Assembly (NCBI GenBank): GCA_000146045.2
Contig: BK006941.2
Span: 864,001 to 928,000 of the forward strand
From: TPA_inf: Saccharomyces
Lineage: Eukaryota
Direction of reading: 5' to 3'
DNA length: 64,000 nucleotides
This document shows positions 49,228 to 58,632 of the stretch, one piece after another. Position 1 is the first letter of the stretch. The number at the start of each line of letters is the position of its first letter. The position numbers and the translations under genes are program-made. The notes below the pieces were generated by a model. It saw only the letters and a list, made by a program, of their open reading frames with translations, had not been told where the DNA came from and made no database searches.

Positions 49228-49401
49228 TATTGATGTGTTATTTAAAGATATCGTAGACTCTCGTGTATGTGTGCGTGTATAATTCTTGCTAGACAACAAA
49301 TAAAAACTGGTCCTCGTTATTCTCTTGTCAGCTTTTCATCCCCCGAATGGCTTTCTTATATACTGATATCCCTCTTTCGGCTGGCTGGAAACTGAACGCG
49401 C

Positions 49402-49444
49402 TTAGTAAGAAAAGAGCCACCTTGTAGGGAGCATCCTTTACTAA
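49402..49444 (-). promoter_or_regulatory. TRX2: Two Yap1 response elements in the TRX2 promoter: TTAGTAA (49402-49408) and TTACTAA (49438-49444)
   Basis: Exact AP-1-like YRE heptamers seen in sequence ~175-215 bp upstream of TRX2 ATG; TRX2 is a classical Yap1 target with two YREs (established knowledge). Confidence 0.75.
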
Positions 49445-49502
49445 GAGTATAAACAATTACACATATACTTTGATGATTACTTAATATTCACTGGCACTCA
49501 AG

Positions 49503-50738
49503 TTATGCTGATCTTGGAGCGATCTTGAAGCCGAGTATGTCATTCTTACCGGGCTCAACAAGACTTTCTTCACTGACTCTCACGCCGCCAACGGTTTCAA
49601 TGCTTGCAATGGTGACCTCGCCACCCATGATATACCTGGCAACTTTGCCAACAGGGGTTCCTCGCTTGACCAAAAAACAATCTCTAAATACGTTGGTTCC
49701 GTTGCCACCCGTAAAAGTCTGGATGTTCTTCACAGTGTACACCGGTATTAGACCAAGGATGTCCGTTGCTGCTTGCAGAACCTGAACAACACCCGTAGAT
49801 CCGAATCTATACAGGACCAAATCTCTGATATTTTCAATTCTGTTAAGGATCTTGTCGTCCAGTGGCTTTAGTTTGTCTGGCTCGTCCTCAAATGTGTCAA
49901 CAAATTCCGTGCCCTCCTCGTATAATATAAAACCTTGCTTTTTCAATTTCCTCAAAAAAACTTCCGTCACTGCACTGGTCAGTACAGCTTTGGTGTCAGG
50001 ATACTTTAGCATGATTTTAGAAACATTTTTATCGGCGTCAGGGTGGTCAATCTTGTTGAGTGCCAACACAGTTGGAAATTTCTCCATCATAAAGGACTTG
50101 ACCACTCGAGTGATCCATTCGTCATCCCATTTTTCCAAAGGTGGTAGTCCCTTCAACCTGTCCAGGGCTTTTTGGATCATGGGCGCATGTGAACCGTACC
50201 CACCGAATTGCGCTTGAAGTGTGTCCACTATGCTAGATTTCGTTGCTGTATGTTTACGCACAATAGACCCCCATCTTTTCTTCAGGTTCCCCTCAACCCA
50301 AAGCCTGATTTCGTCTTGCAGCCATTCTATATCGTTCAATGGATCATATCCTCTTGTGTTCTTCCCCTCTGCATCTGTGGTTCCACTAACGTCCACCACA
50401 TGAATAAGAGCATCTGCGTGTCTTAAATCATCCAAGAATTTATTTCCAAGCCCTCTGCCGGAATGCGCTCCAGGCACAAGCCCTGCCACATCCAACAGTT
50501 TGATGGGGATATGCCTCTTACCCTTGCTACACCACCCGTAGTTAGGTTTACAAAGATCTTCCTTGCCAAATCTGGAGCAAGCACACTCAACTTGCAAGTA
50601 GCCGGTTGCCTGATTTGGCTCGATCGTGGTAAAGGGAAATGCTCCTACCGCCGCACCTGCGTCCGTCAAAGAATTTAATGTGGTGGATTTCCCTGAAGAT
50701 GGCTTACCCACAATACCAATCAATGGATCCCTGGGCAT
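49503..50738 (-). CDS. Obg-like GTPase (OLA1/YchF-related, YGR210C)
   Basis: 411-aa ORF; G1 motif [10 protein letters not shown]3 DVAGL; recognised as YGR210C by position and sequence. Confidence 0.85.
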
Positions 50739-51020
50739 ACTGGCTCTATTTCCGTTTTATTCTTACAGACAGCTTATACTACAAGTTAGTTGGACAAAAG
50801 CTAAAAGACGGAAAACGAAAACGCAAAATGAAAATAAAACCAACTCTCATTACAATTCATCCTAGAACACTTACACATCTGTTTTGCACTGCATAGCATT
50901 ACATTTCTTGCATATCTATCTATTCGAGAAAAAAAAAAAAAGGCATCGAGTGAATTTTTCACCTTGATAAAAAAGCCCTTACTAACCCTACAATAAATTG
51001 TGCCGAAACCCTCTGGAGTT

Positions 51021-51056
51021 TTCTAGAATATTCTAGCCCCATCAGGGCTAGAATAT
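51021..51056. promoter_or_regulatory. Perfect 3-unit heat-shock element TTCtaGAAtaTTC (51021-51033) embedded in an 11-bp inverted repeat ATATTCTAGCC(n7)GGCTAGAATAT, in the YGR210C-ZPR1 divergent promoter
   Basis: Seen directly in sequence; nTTCnnGAAnnTTCn is the canonical Hsf1 site. Confidence 0.5.
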
Positions 51057-51240
51057 CCTAAAAGTTTATAGTTGACGAAAATTTTTCAGCGATGAGATGC
51101 ACATTTATAATGCTATGATGTTCAACGCAAAGGAAATCATAGCGTTATCGGGTAGGTTCGCATCGTTAGCAATAGCTAGTCGCATATATACACAGAGATA
51201 CATATTATACCTATACCGTTAAGAAATAGGATAGAAAATA

Positions 51241-52701
51241 ATGAGCGAACAAAAGGAAGATTTGTTTAAACCAGTAGGAGAAGCTGCTGCAGAGGTCGAA
51301 GATGAAAGCATAGCCGAACAGAACAAAGCTAATGACGGCGTCAAGTTAACCGGCGCACAGGACGCCATGGGCCATCCAGTGCAAGAGATAGAGTCTCTTT
51401 GTATGAATTGTGGAAAGAACGGTACAACCAGACTTCTTCTGACTTCCATCCCTTATTTCAGAGAAATAATTATTATGTCATTCGACTGTCCTCACTGTGG
51501 GTTTAAGAACTGTGAGATCCAACCCGCTTCTCAAATTCAAGAGAAGGGCTCTCGTTACGTTTTGAAAGTGGAGTGCCGTGAAGATTTTAACAGGCAAGTT
51601 ATTAAGTCAGAAACTGCCACTTGTAAGTTTGTCGAGCTAGACATTGAGATTCCTGCTAAGAGAGGTCAATTGACGACAGTTGAAGGTTTGTTATCCGAGA
51701 TGATCGACGATCTGTCGCAAGACCAGGAAATGAGAAAATCTATAGACGAAGCTCTTTACAAGAAGATCGATGACTTCATACAGAAAGTTAAATCCTACAT
51801 CAATTGTGAACCCAACACTATTCCGATTACATTTATTTTGGATGATCCTGCGGGAAATTCCTGGATCGAATACAAACCCGGTGAACCTCAACACAAATGG
51901 TCTCATACCCAGTACGTGAGAACCGACGAACAAAACGTTCAAGTTGGCATTATTACTAGAGACCAGTTGGAGCAACGTCGCCAAGAACAATTAAAACAAT
52001 TGGCCAACCGTGAAAGAAATCCTTCTGAATCTGTCAAAGTTGGCTCAGCAAACCCACAGTTTTTGTCAGACGCCACCGACATCGAAAACTTTAACAACGA
52101 GGTGCAAACATTCAGAGCTTCTTGTCCATCGTGTACCCAAGAGTGTGAAACTCATATGAAGCCAGTAAATATCCCACACTTTAAAGAAGTCATTATCATG
52201 TCGACGGTCTGCGATCATTGTGGTTATAAGTCTAATGAGGTGAAGACCGGTGGTGCCATCCCTGACAAAGGAAGAAGGATTACTTTATACTGTGACGATG
52301 CAGCTGACTTGTCCCGTGATATTTTGAAATCTGAGACCTGTAGTATGGTAATTCCTGAATTACATCTTGATATTCAAGAAGGTACATTGGGTGGTAGATT
52401 CACCACTTTGGAAGGTTTACTAAGACAAGTCTACGAAGAACTAGAATCCCGTATTTTCACTCAAACTTCGGATTCCATGGACGAAGCAACGAAAGCCCGC
52501 TGGGTAGAATTTTTTGCCAAGCTAAAGGAGGCCATCGCTGGGAAAGTCAAGTTCACAGTCATTATGGAAGATCCATTGGCCGGGTCGTACATACAAAATG
52601 TCTACGCCCCAGATCCGGATCCAAACATGACTATCGAAGATTATGAAAGAACTAAAGAGCAAAATGAAGACCTGGGATTGTCCGATATCAAGGTTGAGTA
52701 A
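51241..52701 (+). CDS. ZPR1: Zpr1, tandem C4 zinc-finger protein (two internally duplicated ZPR1 modules)
   Basis: 486-aa ORF; two CxxC...CxxC modules (CMNCGKNGTTRLLLTSIPYFREIIIMSFDCPHCGFKN and CPSCTQECETHMKPVNIPHFKEVIIMSTVCDHCGYKS); recognised sequence. Confidence 0.92.
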   Translation: MSEQKEDLFKPVGEAAAEVEDESIAEQNKANDGVKLTGAQDAMGHPVQEIESLCMNCGKNGTTRLLLTSIPYFREIIIMSFDCPHCGFKNCEIQPASQIQEKGSRYVLKVECREDFNRQVIKSETATCKFVELDIEIPAKRGQLTTVEGLLSEMIDDLSQDQEMRKSIDEALYKKIDDFIQKVKSYINCEPNTIPITFILDDPAGNSWIEYKPGEPQHKWSHTQYVRTDEQNVQVGIITRDQLEQRRQEQLKQLANRERNPSESVKVGSANPQFLSDATDIENFNNEVQTFRASCPSCTQECETHMKPVNIPHFKEVIIMSTVCDHCGYKSNEVKTGGAIPDKGRRITLYCDDAADLSRDILKSETCSMVIPELHLDIQEGTLGGRFTTLEGLLRQVYEELESRIFTQTSDSMDEATKARWVEFFAKLKEAIAGKVKFTVIMEDPLAGSYIQNVYAPDPDPNMTIEDYERTKEQNEDLGLSDIKVE

Positions 52702-53039
52702 CGATCGTTGGCCTCGGTATCACCTCCCCCTTTCCTCTTCCTCTTTACATATATCCTAACCACACAAGCACTCATTTGATATGATAATACTTATTCGTTT
52801 TTATTCAAATAGATAGCGCAGTCTTGAAGATTTACCTATATTTTTAAACTTTTGTATAATAGTTGAAATAGATAATACAGCATTTTTTGGCTCCTGCTTC
52901 ATATCTTTTTTTTTAGGTTTTTGCTTTATATTCTTTCTTTTAACTCAACTTGTGCGGAGCAGAGGTAAAGAGGACAACTATAAATGCTGTCAAAACGAAC
53001 AATCTACAGATATTTTTACGAAAAGGAAAAAGCGCAAGA

Positions 53040-54446
53040 ATGAATCTTAAACTTTCTGCTATTGAAAGTTACTTTTTCCATAGAAGCAGACTAAATTTGC
53101 ATTCATGTTTTTATGTCGGAATCAAACTCAACGAATTGCCCAAAAAAAGTCAACTGATAGCGGCTCTTAAGTATACTGTAATCCAACATGAACGTTTGAC
53201 TTGTAATGTATTCTATGATGAATTGAAAAAGGAAAACTTCCTACAAAACATTCTTGAGCCACTGAAATTTTGCGATCTAGTAGAATACCGCCACGATTGG
53301 GACCAGTTAGGGGAAACCGAAATTAACCACATCTTTCAAAGGTATAACTTTTCATACAACGAGAATAAACCTTTATGGAAAATTCTGATCCTCCCTAATC
53401 AAAATCAAATGCTATTGCTGACAGATCATGTTCTCATGGATGGGATGTCCGCTATTCATGTGTGGGAAACGTTTATGGAAGGCCTACAGATGCAACAGCC
53501 GGTTGAAATTGATGAAACAATATATTCACCATCATTAAATTCATCAACTGAAAAAATAATGTCAGCCCCACTATACGGAGATTGGCCCATACCTTGGAAT
53601 TGGCATATAGTGCGACAATTGGTCAGTAGACTACATTATTGGTTTCCACAAACAGTCGTAAAAAACAATAGAAATTTAATCCAATTTGCCAACTACTCAT
53701 TTCCAAAAGACCTGCTGGATGATAAACCGAGCGATGGAACTCAAAAATACAAAGTTAAAAACACGAACCATCAATGGGAGTTTCGATTATCGCCGACCCA
53801 TCTCAACGACATTTTACAAGAATGCAAGGCCAATAATACTTCGTTGACTTCCCTTTTAGGTGCCCTGGTCTGCACCAGTTTCGAAAAAATAGCTGCACAT
53901 GAGTATACCGGATCATTTTTGAAAATTGAATTACCAATGAATATTAGAAAGCCTTTTGAACGAGTCTTGAAATTACCTTCAGATGATAAGCTCGCCGTGG
54001 GAAATTTTATTGCGGTCATAGAATTCAACCATAAACTACATCAAAACCGTGGAATATGGGATATCGCTTCTCAAATTCAAAGGGCCATAAGAAGCAGTTC
54101 CGAGGATAAAATAATAGATAAAGTAAACGAAGTAAAGTTATTGGAGGTTATTTCTTCTCAACAATACATAGAAGATAAAATTAGCTTGAATAACGGACCT
54201 TCTTCCACATTTGAAGTAACAAACTTAGGATTTCAAACATTTAAAGATGCATGCAACACCAGTTTACCGTTTTATATAGTGGATGCTACATTCAACGAGC
54301 CGCAAGGAATATCTTCAATTTTCTCACTAAGCGTAATCTCTACTCCTGGTAACGGACTACATTGTTGTATCAGTTATCCAAATACTCTCACTAAAGTGCT
54401 AGAACCCCACTGGCAATATATGAAAGATTACTTAAATTTATACTAG
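53040..54446 (+). CDS. SLI1: Sli1 N-acetyltransferase (myriocin/sphingoid-base-like drug acetylation); start at MNLKLSAIESYFF (track ORF begins 30 codons upstream at 52950)
   Basis: Recognised sequence; I recall the protein as 468 aa, which fits ATG 53040; transferase HxxxDG motif (DHVLMDG). Confidence 0.82.
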   Translation: MNLKLSAIESYFFHRSRLNLHSCFYVGIKLNELPKKSQLIAALKYTVIQHERLTCNVFYDELKKENFLQNILEPLKFCDLVEYRHDWDQLGETEINHIFQRYNFSYNENKPLWKILILPNQNQMLLLTDHVLMDGMSAIHVWETFMEGLQMQQPVEIDETIYSPSLNSSTEKIMSAPLYGDWPIPWNWHIVRQLVSRLHYWFPQTVVKNNRNLIQFANYSFPKDLLDDKPSDGTQKYKVKNTNHQWEFRLSPTHLNDILQECKANNTSLTSLLGALVCTSFEKIAAHEYTGSFLKIELPMNIRKPFERVLKLPSDDKLAVGNFIAVIEFNHKLHQNRGIWDIASQIQRAIRSSSEDKIIDKVNEVKLLEVISSQQYIEDKISLNNGPSSTFEVTNLGFQTFKDACNTSLPFYIVDATFNEPQGISSIFSLSVISTPGNGLHCCISYPNTLTKVLEPHWQYMKDYLNLY

Positions 54447-54511
54447 CAGCACTTCACTAGCTCAAATACAGAATAAAACCACATTTCCCACATGTAAATA
54501 TAGAAAGCAGT

Positions 54512-55465
54512 TTATTCGCTCTTTGAAGCGAGATCTTCTTCGATAGACGTCACCTCAACGTCAGGATAGTCGGTGCCGTCAAATCTTGCTGATTGTTGCG
54601 CTTGAATAGACTCTTCATGTATTCTAAAAATGTTAATTAGTGGGAACGCCACAATAAAAATTAATACGAGTAAAAACATTGGTAAACCATCAAAAATATA
54701 AAGATACCACTCGTGCGAGGCAATTTCTCCGTCATAACCCTGAATAAATTCAACAGCTCTGACGATCGACCTAATTAAAATCAGGAAACTGTTCACCAAT
54801 AAAGCAATGTTTAGGTATTTCCAACTACCATACCTTACCGATACATTGGTTGGTTTTTTGCTCATCTTGAAAATGAACAAAACCTCATTTATAATGAAGA
54901 GACCAAAAAAAGCAATTTGAATGAACAAACCAGCTGTAACGAGATGAGAACCAGAAGATGCACTTGTCACTTTAGACATCATAGCACCACCAATTGCTTG
55001 TAATAGAAGACTGCCTACATCGCCAATCACAAATATTGTAGTATTGAATCTAGCGGGCATGATCATTAAGTTTTCTGCGAACAGCAGAGTAGCCATTCTA
55101 CCAAAAATCATGTAAATACTGGCAGCATATAATGTTGGAGACACCAGCAAGAAAACCGTTTGAATAATATAGGGGTTTAGTAGTGTGGTGTCTTTGCTTG
55201 ATTTACATCTAAACGCAAAGCCCACACACTCAACAAAACACCCAAATATAAAGGGAATGTACGCTCCTGCTAAGTTTACCGTACCGTAATACCGCAATAC
55301 GGGTTGGGACTTCATAAGAGAGCCAACTCTCCTTTTACTTTTCACAGAATAATGGAATAGTAAAATTACAAATGCTACCCCTGATACTGCAAAAAGTACC
55401 GTAAAAAGTATACTCGCACCTAATTCCGGAGTGTATCTATATAACTCGAAGCCGTCTTTTGCCAT
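54512..55465 (-). CDS. RTA1: Rta1, 7-TM lipid-translocating exporter family protein
   Basis: 317-aa ORF with 7 predicted TM segments; RTA1-family similarity; recognised sequence. Confidence 0.88.
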   Translation of the reverse strand: MAKDGFELYRYTPELGASILFTVLFAVSGVAFVILLFHYSVKSKRRVGSLMKSQPVLRYYGTVNLAGAYIPFIFGCFVECVGFAFRCKSSKDTTLLNPYIIQTVFLLVSPTLYAASIYMIFGRMATLLFAENLMIMPARFNTTIFVIGDVGSLLLQAIGGAMMSKVTSASSGSHLVTAGLFIQIAFFGLFIINEVLFIFKMSKKPTNVSVRYGSWKYLNIALLVNSFLILIRSIVRAVEFIQGYDGEIASHEWYLYIFDGLPMFLLVLIFIVAFPLINIFRIHEESIQAQQSARFDGTDYPDVEVTSIEEDLASKSE

Positions 55466-56574
55466 GTTCGAAGTGGTGAAAAGTGCTGACTGTCTATTAC
55501 ATACTTTTACAGGGTTTATTATTATAGAATGAAACAGGCAAGGTATCTTATCCCTTTATTATGAAAACTATATATACGCATAAGTCTTTTGCTGCATGAT
55601 AAGCCCCTTCCCAAGAATATGACAACCTCTTATTGTTCTTTTCACCAAAGATCCACGGAACTCATCTTTAGCAAGTGAGGCTTGAAATATCACAGATATC
55701 ATTGTGAATACCGCATTGAGCAGATTGTTGACAGCGGGCATCTTACTAACAGGCGCAATCTAAAGAAGCCGCGAAAAAAAAAAGAACACGCTAAACGATT
55801 CACCCATGCCAGCCAAGTGTAGATTTGTTTGTAGAGGAAAACAGTTGATGAGCAATTTACAGTGTTTTTTTATCTTAGTAATATTCATCAAAATTCATAG
55901 GAAATAGTCAATGATGCATGTCTGAAAACAAAACGACCTATATACCTTATTGTGGCTTGTAAAGTTTAAACTTAAAAATAAACTTTCTTTTTGAATGATA
56001 GATATTTCCGCTTTTGGATGCGCTTCACAAGAATAGAAGCAAAAAGTCCGGTTAAAATTGAAATATGATAAAAACCCAAACATATTAAAAAACCCAGACA
56101 TAAAGAAAAAAACTTTGAAAAAAAAAGTATTATGCCGCTGAGCGCGCCACGTTAAAAGCTCGAATTCTTCGCATTGGTAGTAGCGCAAAGTCCAATGAGC
56201 GCACCTCAAGTGAGAAACGCAGGCCCAGAGATTCTCCAGGCAGGAAGGAATTGGGACAGATCCTGCCTGGAGGGATGGAGGAATTTACTTCGTAGGCTGG
56301 AACAGGCTCATCTCAGCCAACGATTGTAAATGTGCAGGGCCATCGTTACAATCCTGCGCACCCTACCATGGATACCAGAATCCCGTCGTGTTCCCAATTG
56401 TGAGTAGTACAGTGGCCTGCTGCCGGGCAGATAGTAGCAGGGCAGGACACTTGCCAGATCCCGTAGCAAGGATGCTTATAATATATCGAAATGTAGCATT
56501 GTTAGTTTACTTCGTAAACTGCCCTTGTAGAGTGAGGTATAGCTTAGAAAATAGCAAACTAAATAGAGAGCGAA

Positions 56575-56664
56575 ATGTCCTTACCAGCTACTTTTGACTT
56601 GACTCCAGAAGATGCCCAACTTTTGTTGGCTGCTAACACTCACTTAGGTGCTAGAAACGTTCAA
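56575..56664 (+). CDS. RPS0A: Ribosomal protein S0-A (uS2), exon 1 (30 codons, [30 protein letters not shown])
   Basis: ATG at 56575; exon ends ...GTTCAA followed by 5' splice site GTATGT at 56665; not in ORF track because it is shorter than the track cutoff. Confidence 0.92.
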
Positions 56665-57119
56665 GTATGTTATACTCATTCCCGATTATATAATAGAGTA
56701 ATGTGTGATTGAAAACAGTTCGAGTGAAAGAATAGCCACAACCAGGTTTCCCGCCAACCAAACGGAATGCTGGGATAGCATTTTTCAGGCTGAATAAGAA
56801 GAGAAATATATGAACAATCATTAAAACAGTTTGAAACTCCAGCTAATTATCAGCGAATATTTTGCCAATAGACTTTCTAATTGTATTATGTTATTAAATT
56901 TTAAATCGCTAATGAAAAAAAAAAACAAACCTTTGGTATTAAACCTCTTTCAATGAAATCAATTAATTCCGGTACCTATTCTTCCGACGCTGTTAGCCAA
57001 CTATAAATGCCATTTTTTCATAGTACATTAATTTGAATCAGTTGATCATTCACAGCATATACCAAGTGTACGTTTTTGAATCTTTTATACTAACTTTTTC
57101 TTCTTTAATTTTGTTTCAG
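56665..57119 (+). other. RPS0A: RPS0A spliceosomal intron, 455 nt (GTATGT ... TACTAAC at 57087-57093 ... TTTCAG)
   Basis: Canonical yeast 5' splice site, branch point TACTAAC 26 nt upstream of 3' CAG; joining restores continuous uS2 reading frame. Confidence 0.92.
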
Positions 57120-57788
57120 GTTCACCAAGAACCATATGTTTTCAACGCAAGACCAGATGGTGTCCACGTTATCAACGTTGGTAAGACCTGGGAAAAATTG
57201 GTTTTGGCTGCCAGAATCATCGCTGCCATTCCAAACCCAGAAGACGTTGTTGCCATCTCTTCCAGAACTTTCGGTCAAAGGGCTGTTTTGAAGTTCGCTG
57301 CCCACACCGGTGCTACCCCAATCGCCGGTAGATTCACTCCAGGTTCTTTCACCAATTATATCACCCGTTCTTTCAAGGAACCAAGATTAGTTATTGTCAC
57401 CGACCCAAGATCAGATGCTCAAGCCATCAAGGAAGCTTCTTACGTTAACATCCCTGTCATTGCTCTAACTGATCTTGACTCTCCATCAGAATTCGTCGAT
57501 GTCGCTATCCCATGTAACAACAGAGGTAAGCACTCCATTGGTTTAATCTGGTACTTATTGGCTAGAGAAGTTTTGAGACTAAGAGGTGCTTTAGTTGACA
57601 GAACTCAACCATGGTCCATCATGCCAGATTTGTACTTCTACAGAGACCCTGAAGAAGTTGAACAACAAGTTGCTGAAGAAGCTACCACCGAAGAAGCTGG
57701 TGAAGAAGAAGCCAAGGAAGAGGTTACCGAAGAGCAAGCTGAAGCTACTGAATGGGCTGAAGAAAATGCTGACAACGTCGAGTGGTAA
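57120..57788 (+). CDS. RPS0A: Ribosomal protein S0-A (uS2), exon 2 ([15 protein letters not shown] ... acidic C-terminal tail ... NVEW)
   Basis: In-frame continuation after intron; 222 codons plus stop; total 252 aa as expected for Rps0. Confidence 0.93.
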   Translation, partial: VHQEPYVFNARPDGVHVINVGKTWEKLVLAARIIAAIPNPEDVVAISSRTFGQRAVLKFAAHTGATPIAGRFTPGSFTNYITRSFKEPRLVIVTDPRSDAQAIKEASYVNIPVIALTDLDSPSEFVDVAIPCNNRGKHSIGLIWYLLAREVLRLRGALVDRTQPWSIMPDLYFYRDPEEVEQQVAEEATTEEAGEEEAKEEVTEEQAEATEWAEENADNVEW

Positions 57789-58156
57789 GTAAGGTGATAT
57801 TTACAAATAGTATATTAATAATTATAGTATAATGTTTTATTAGAATAACAGATTTCTTTATCAATTTAGCGGCTAAATAAAAATCAAGAAAAAAGAAATA
57901 CATTCATTGTGTCATCTTGTCACACATTTAGCCATGTACTTTATTTGCTGAGAAGTTTAATCAATTGAGAGTAGTTAGCTATTGTAGTAAAAATGTGCAA
58001 ATGAAGTCTTATCAACACGTAGCGTATATAGTGATCTAAAACAGTTAGAAATATAATAAGCGAACTTCTAAACCATTTTAGAGCACATAGCCATGGAGAA
58101 TAGGTACTTGTTTTGACCCGCTCGACGAAGTGGTACGTAGTGATTGCGTGGATTAG

Positions 58157-58507
<351 letters not shown>

Positions 58508-58632
58508 TTGGAGCACCCTTACTAAAAAAAATATTCATTATGTAGAAACTCATTTCATGTACATACAAAATCAAAAATAAAACAACAAATAGCTGAAGCA
58601 AGAAAACGCTACTTTACTTATAAAAGAAAACG

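Noticed and set aside
55895-56209. 104-aa minus-strand ORF in RTA1-RPS0A spacer
   Set aside because: Phe-rich low-complexity translation over A/T-rich DNA; no start context or homology. The interesting part of this spacer is the GC-rich block, reported separately.
56340-56375. Possible Rap1 site (CACCCTACCATGG) in RPS0A upstream region
   Set aside because: Two mismatches to the Rap1 consensus ACACCCATACAT; too weak to call from sequence alone.
57033-57119. N-terminal 29 codons of the track ORF 57033-57788
   Set aside because: This is RPS0A intron sequence ending at the 3' splice site; the real exon 1 is at 56575-56664.
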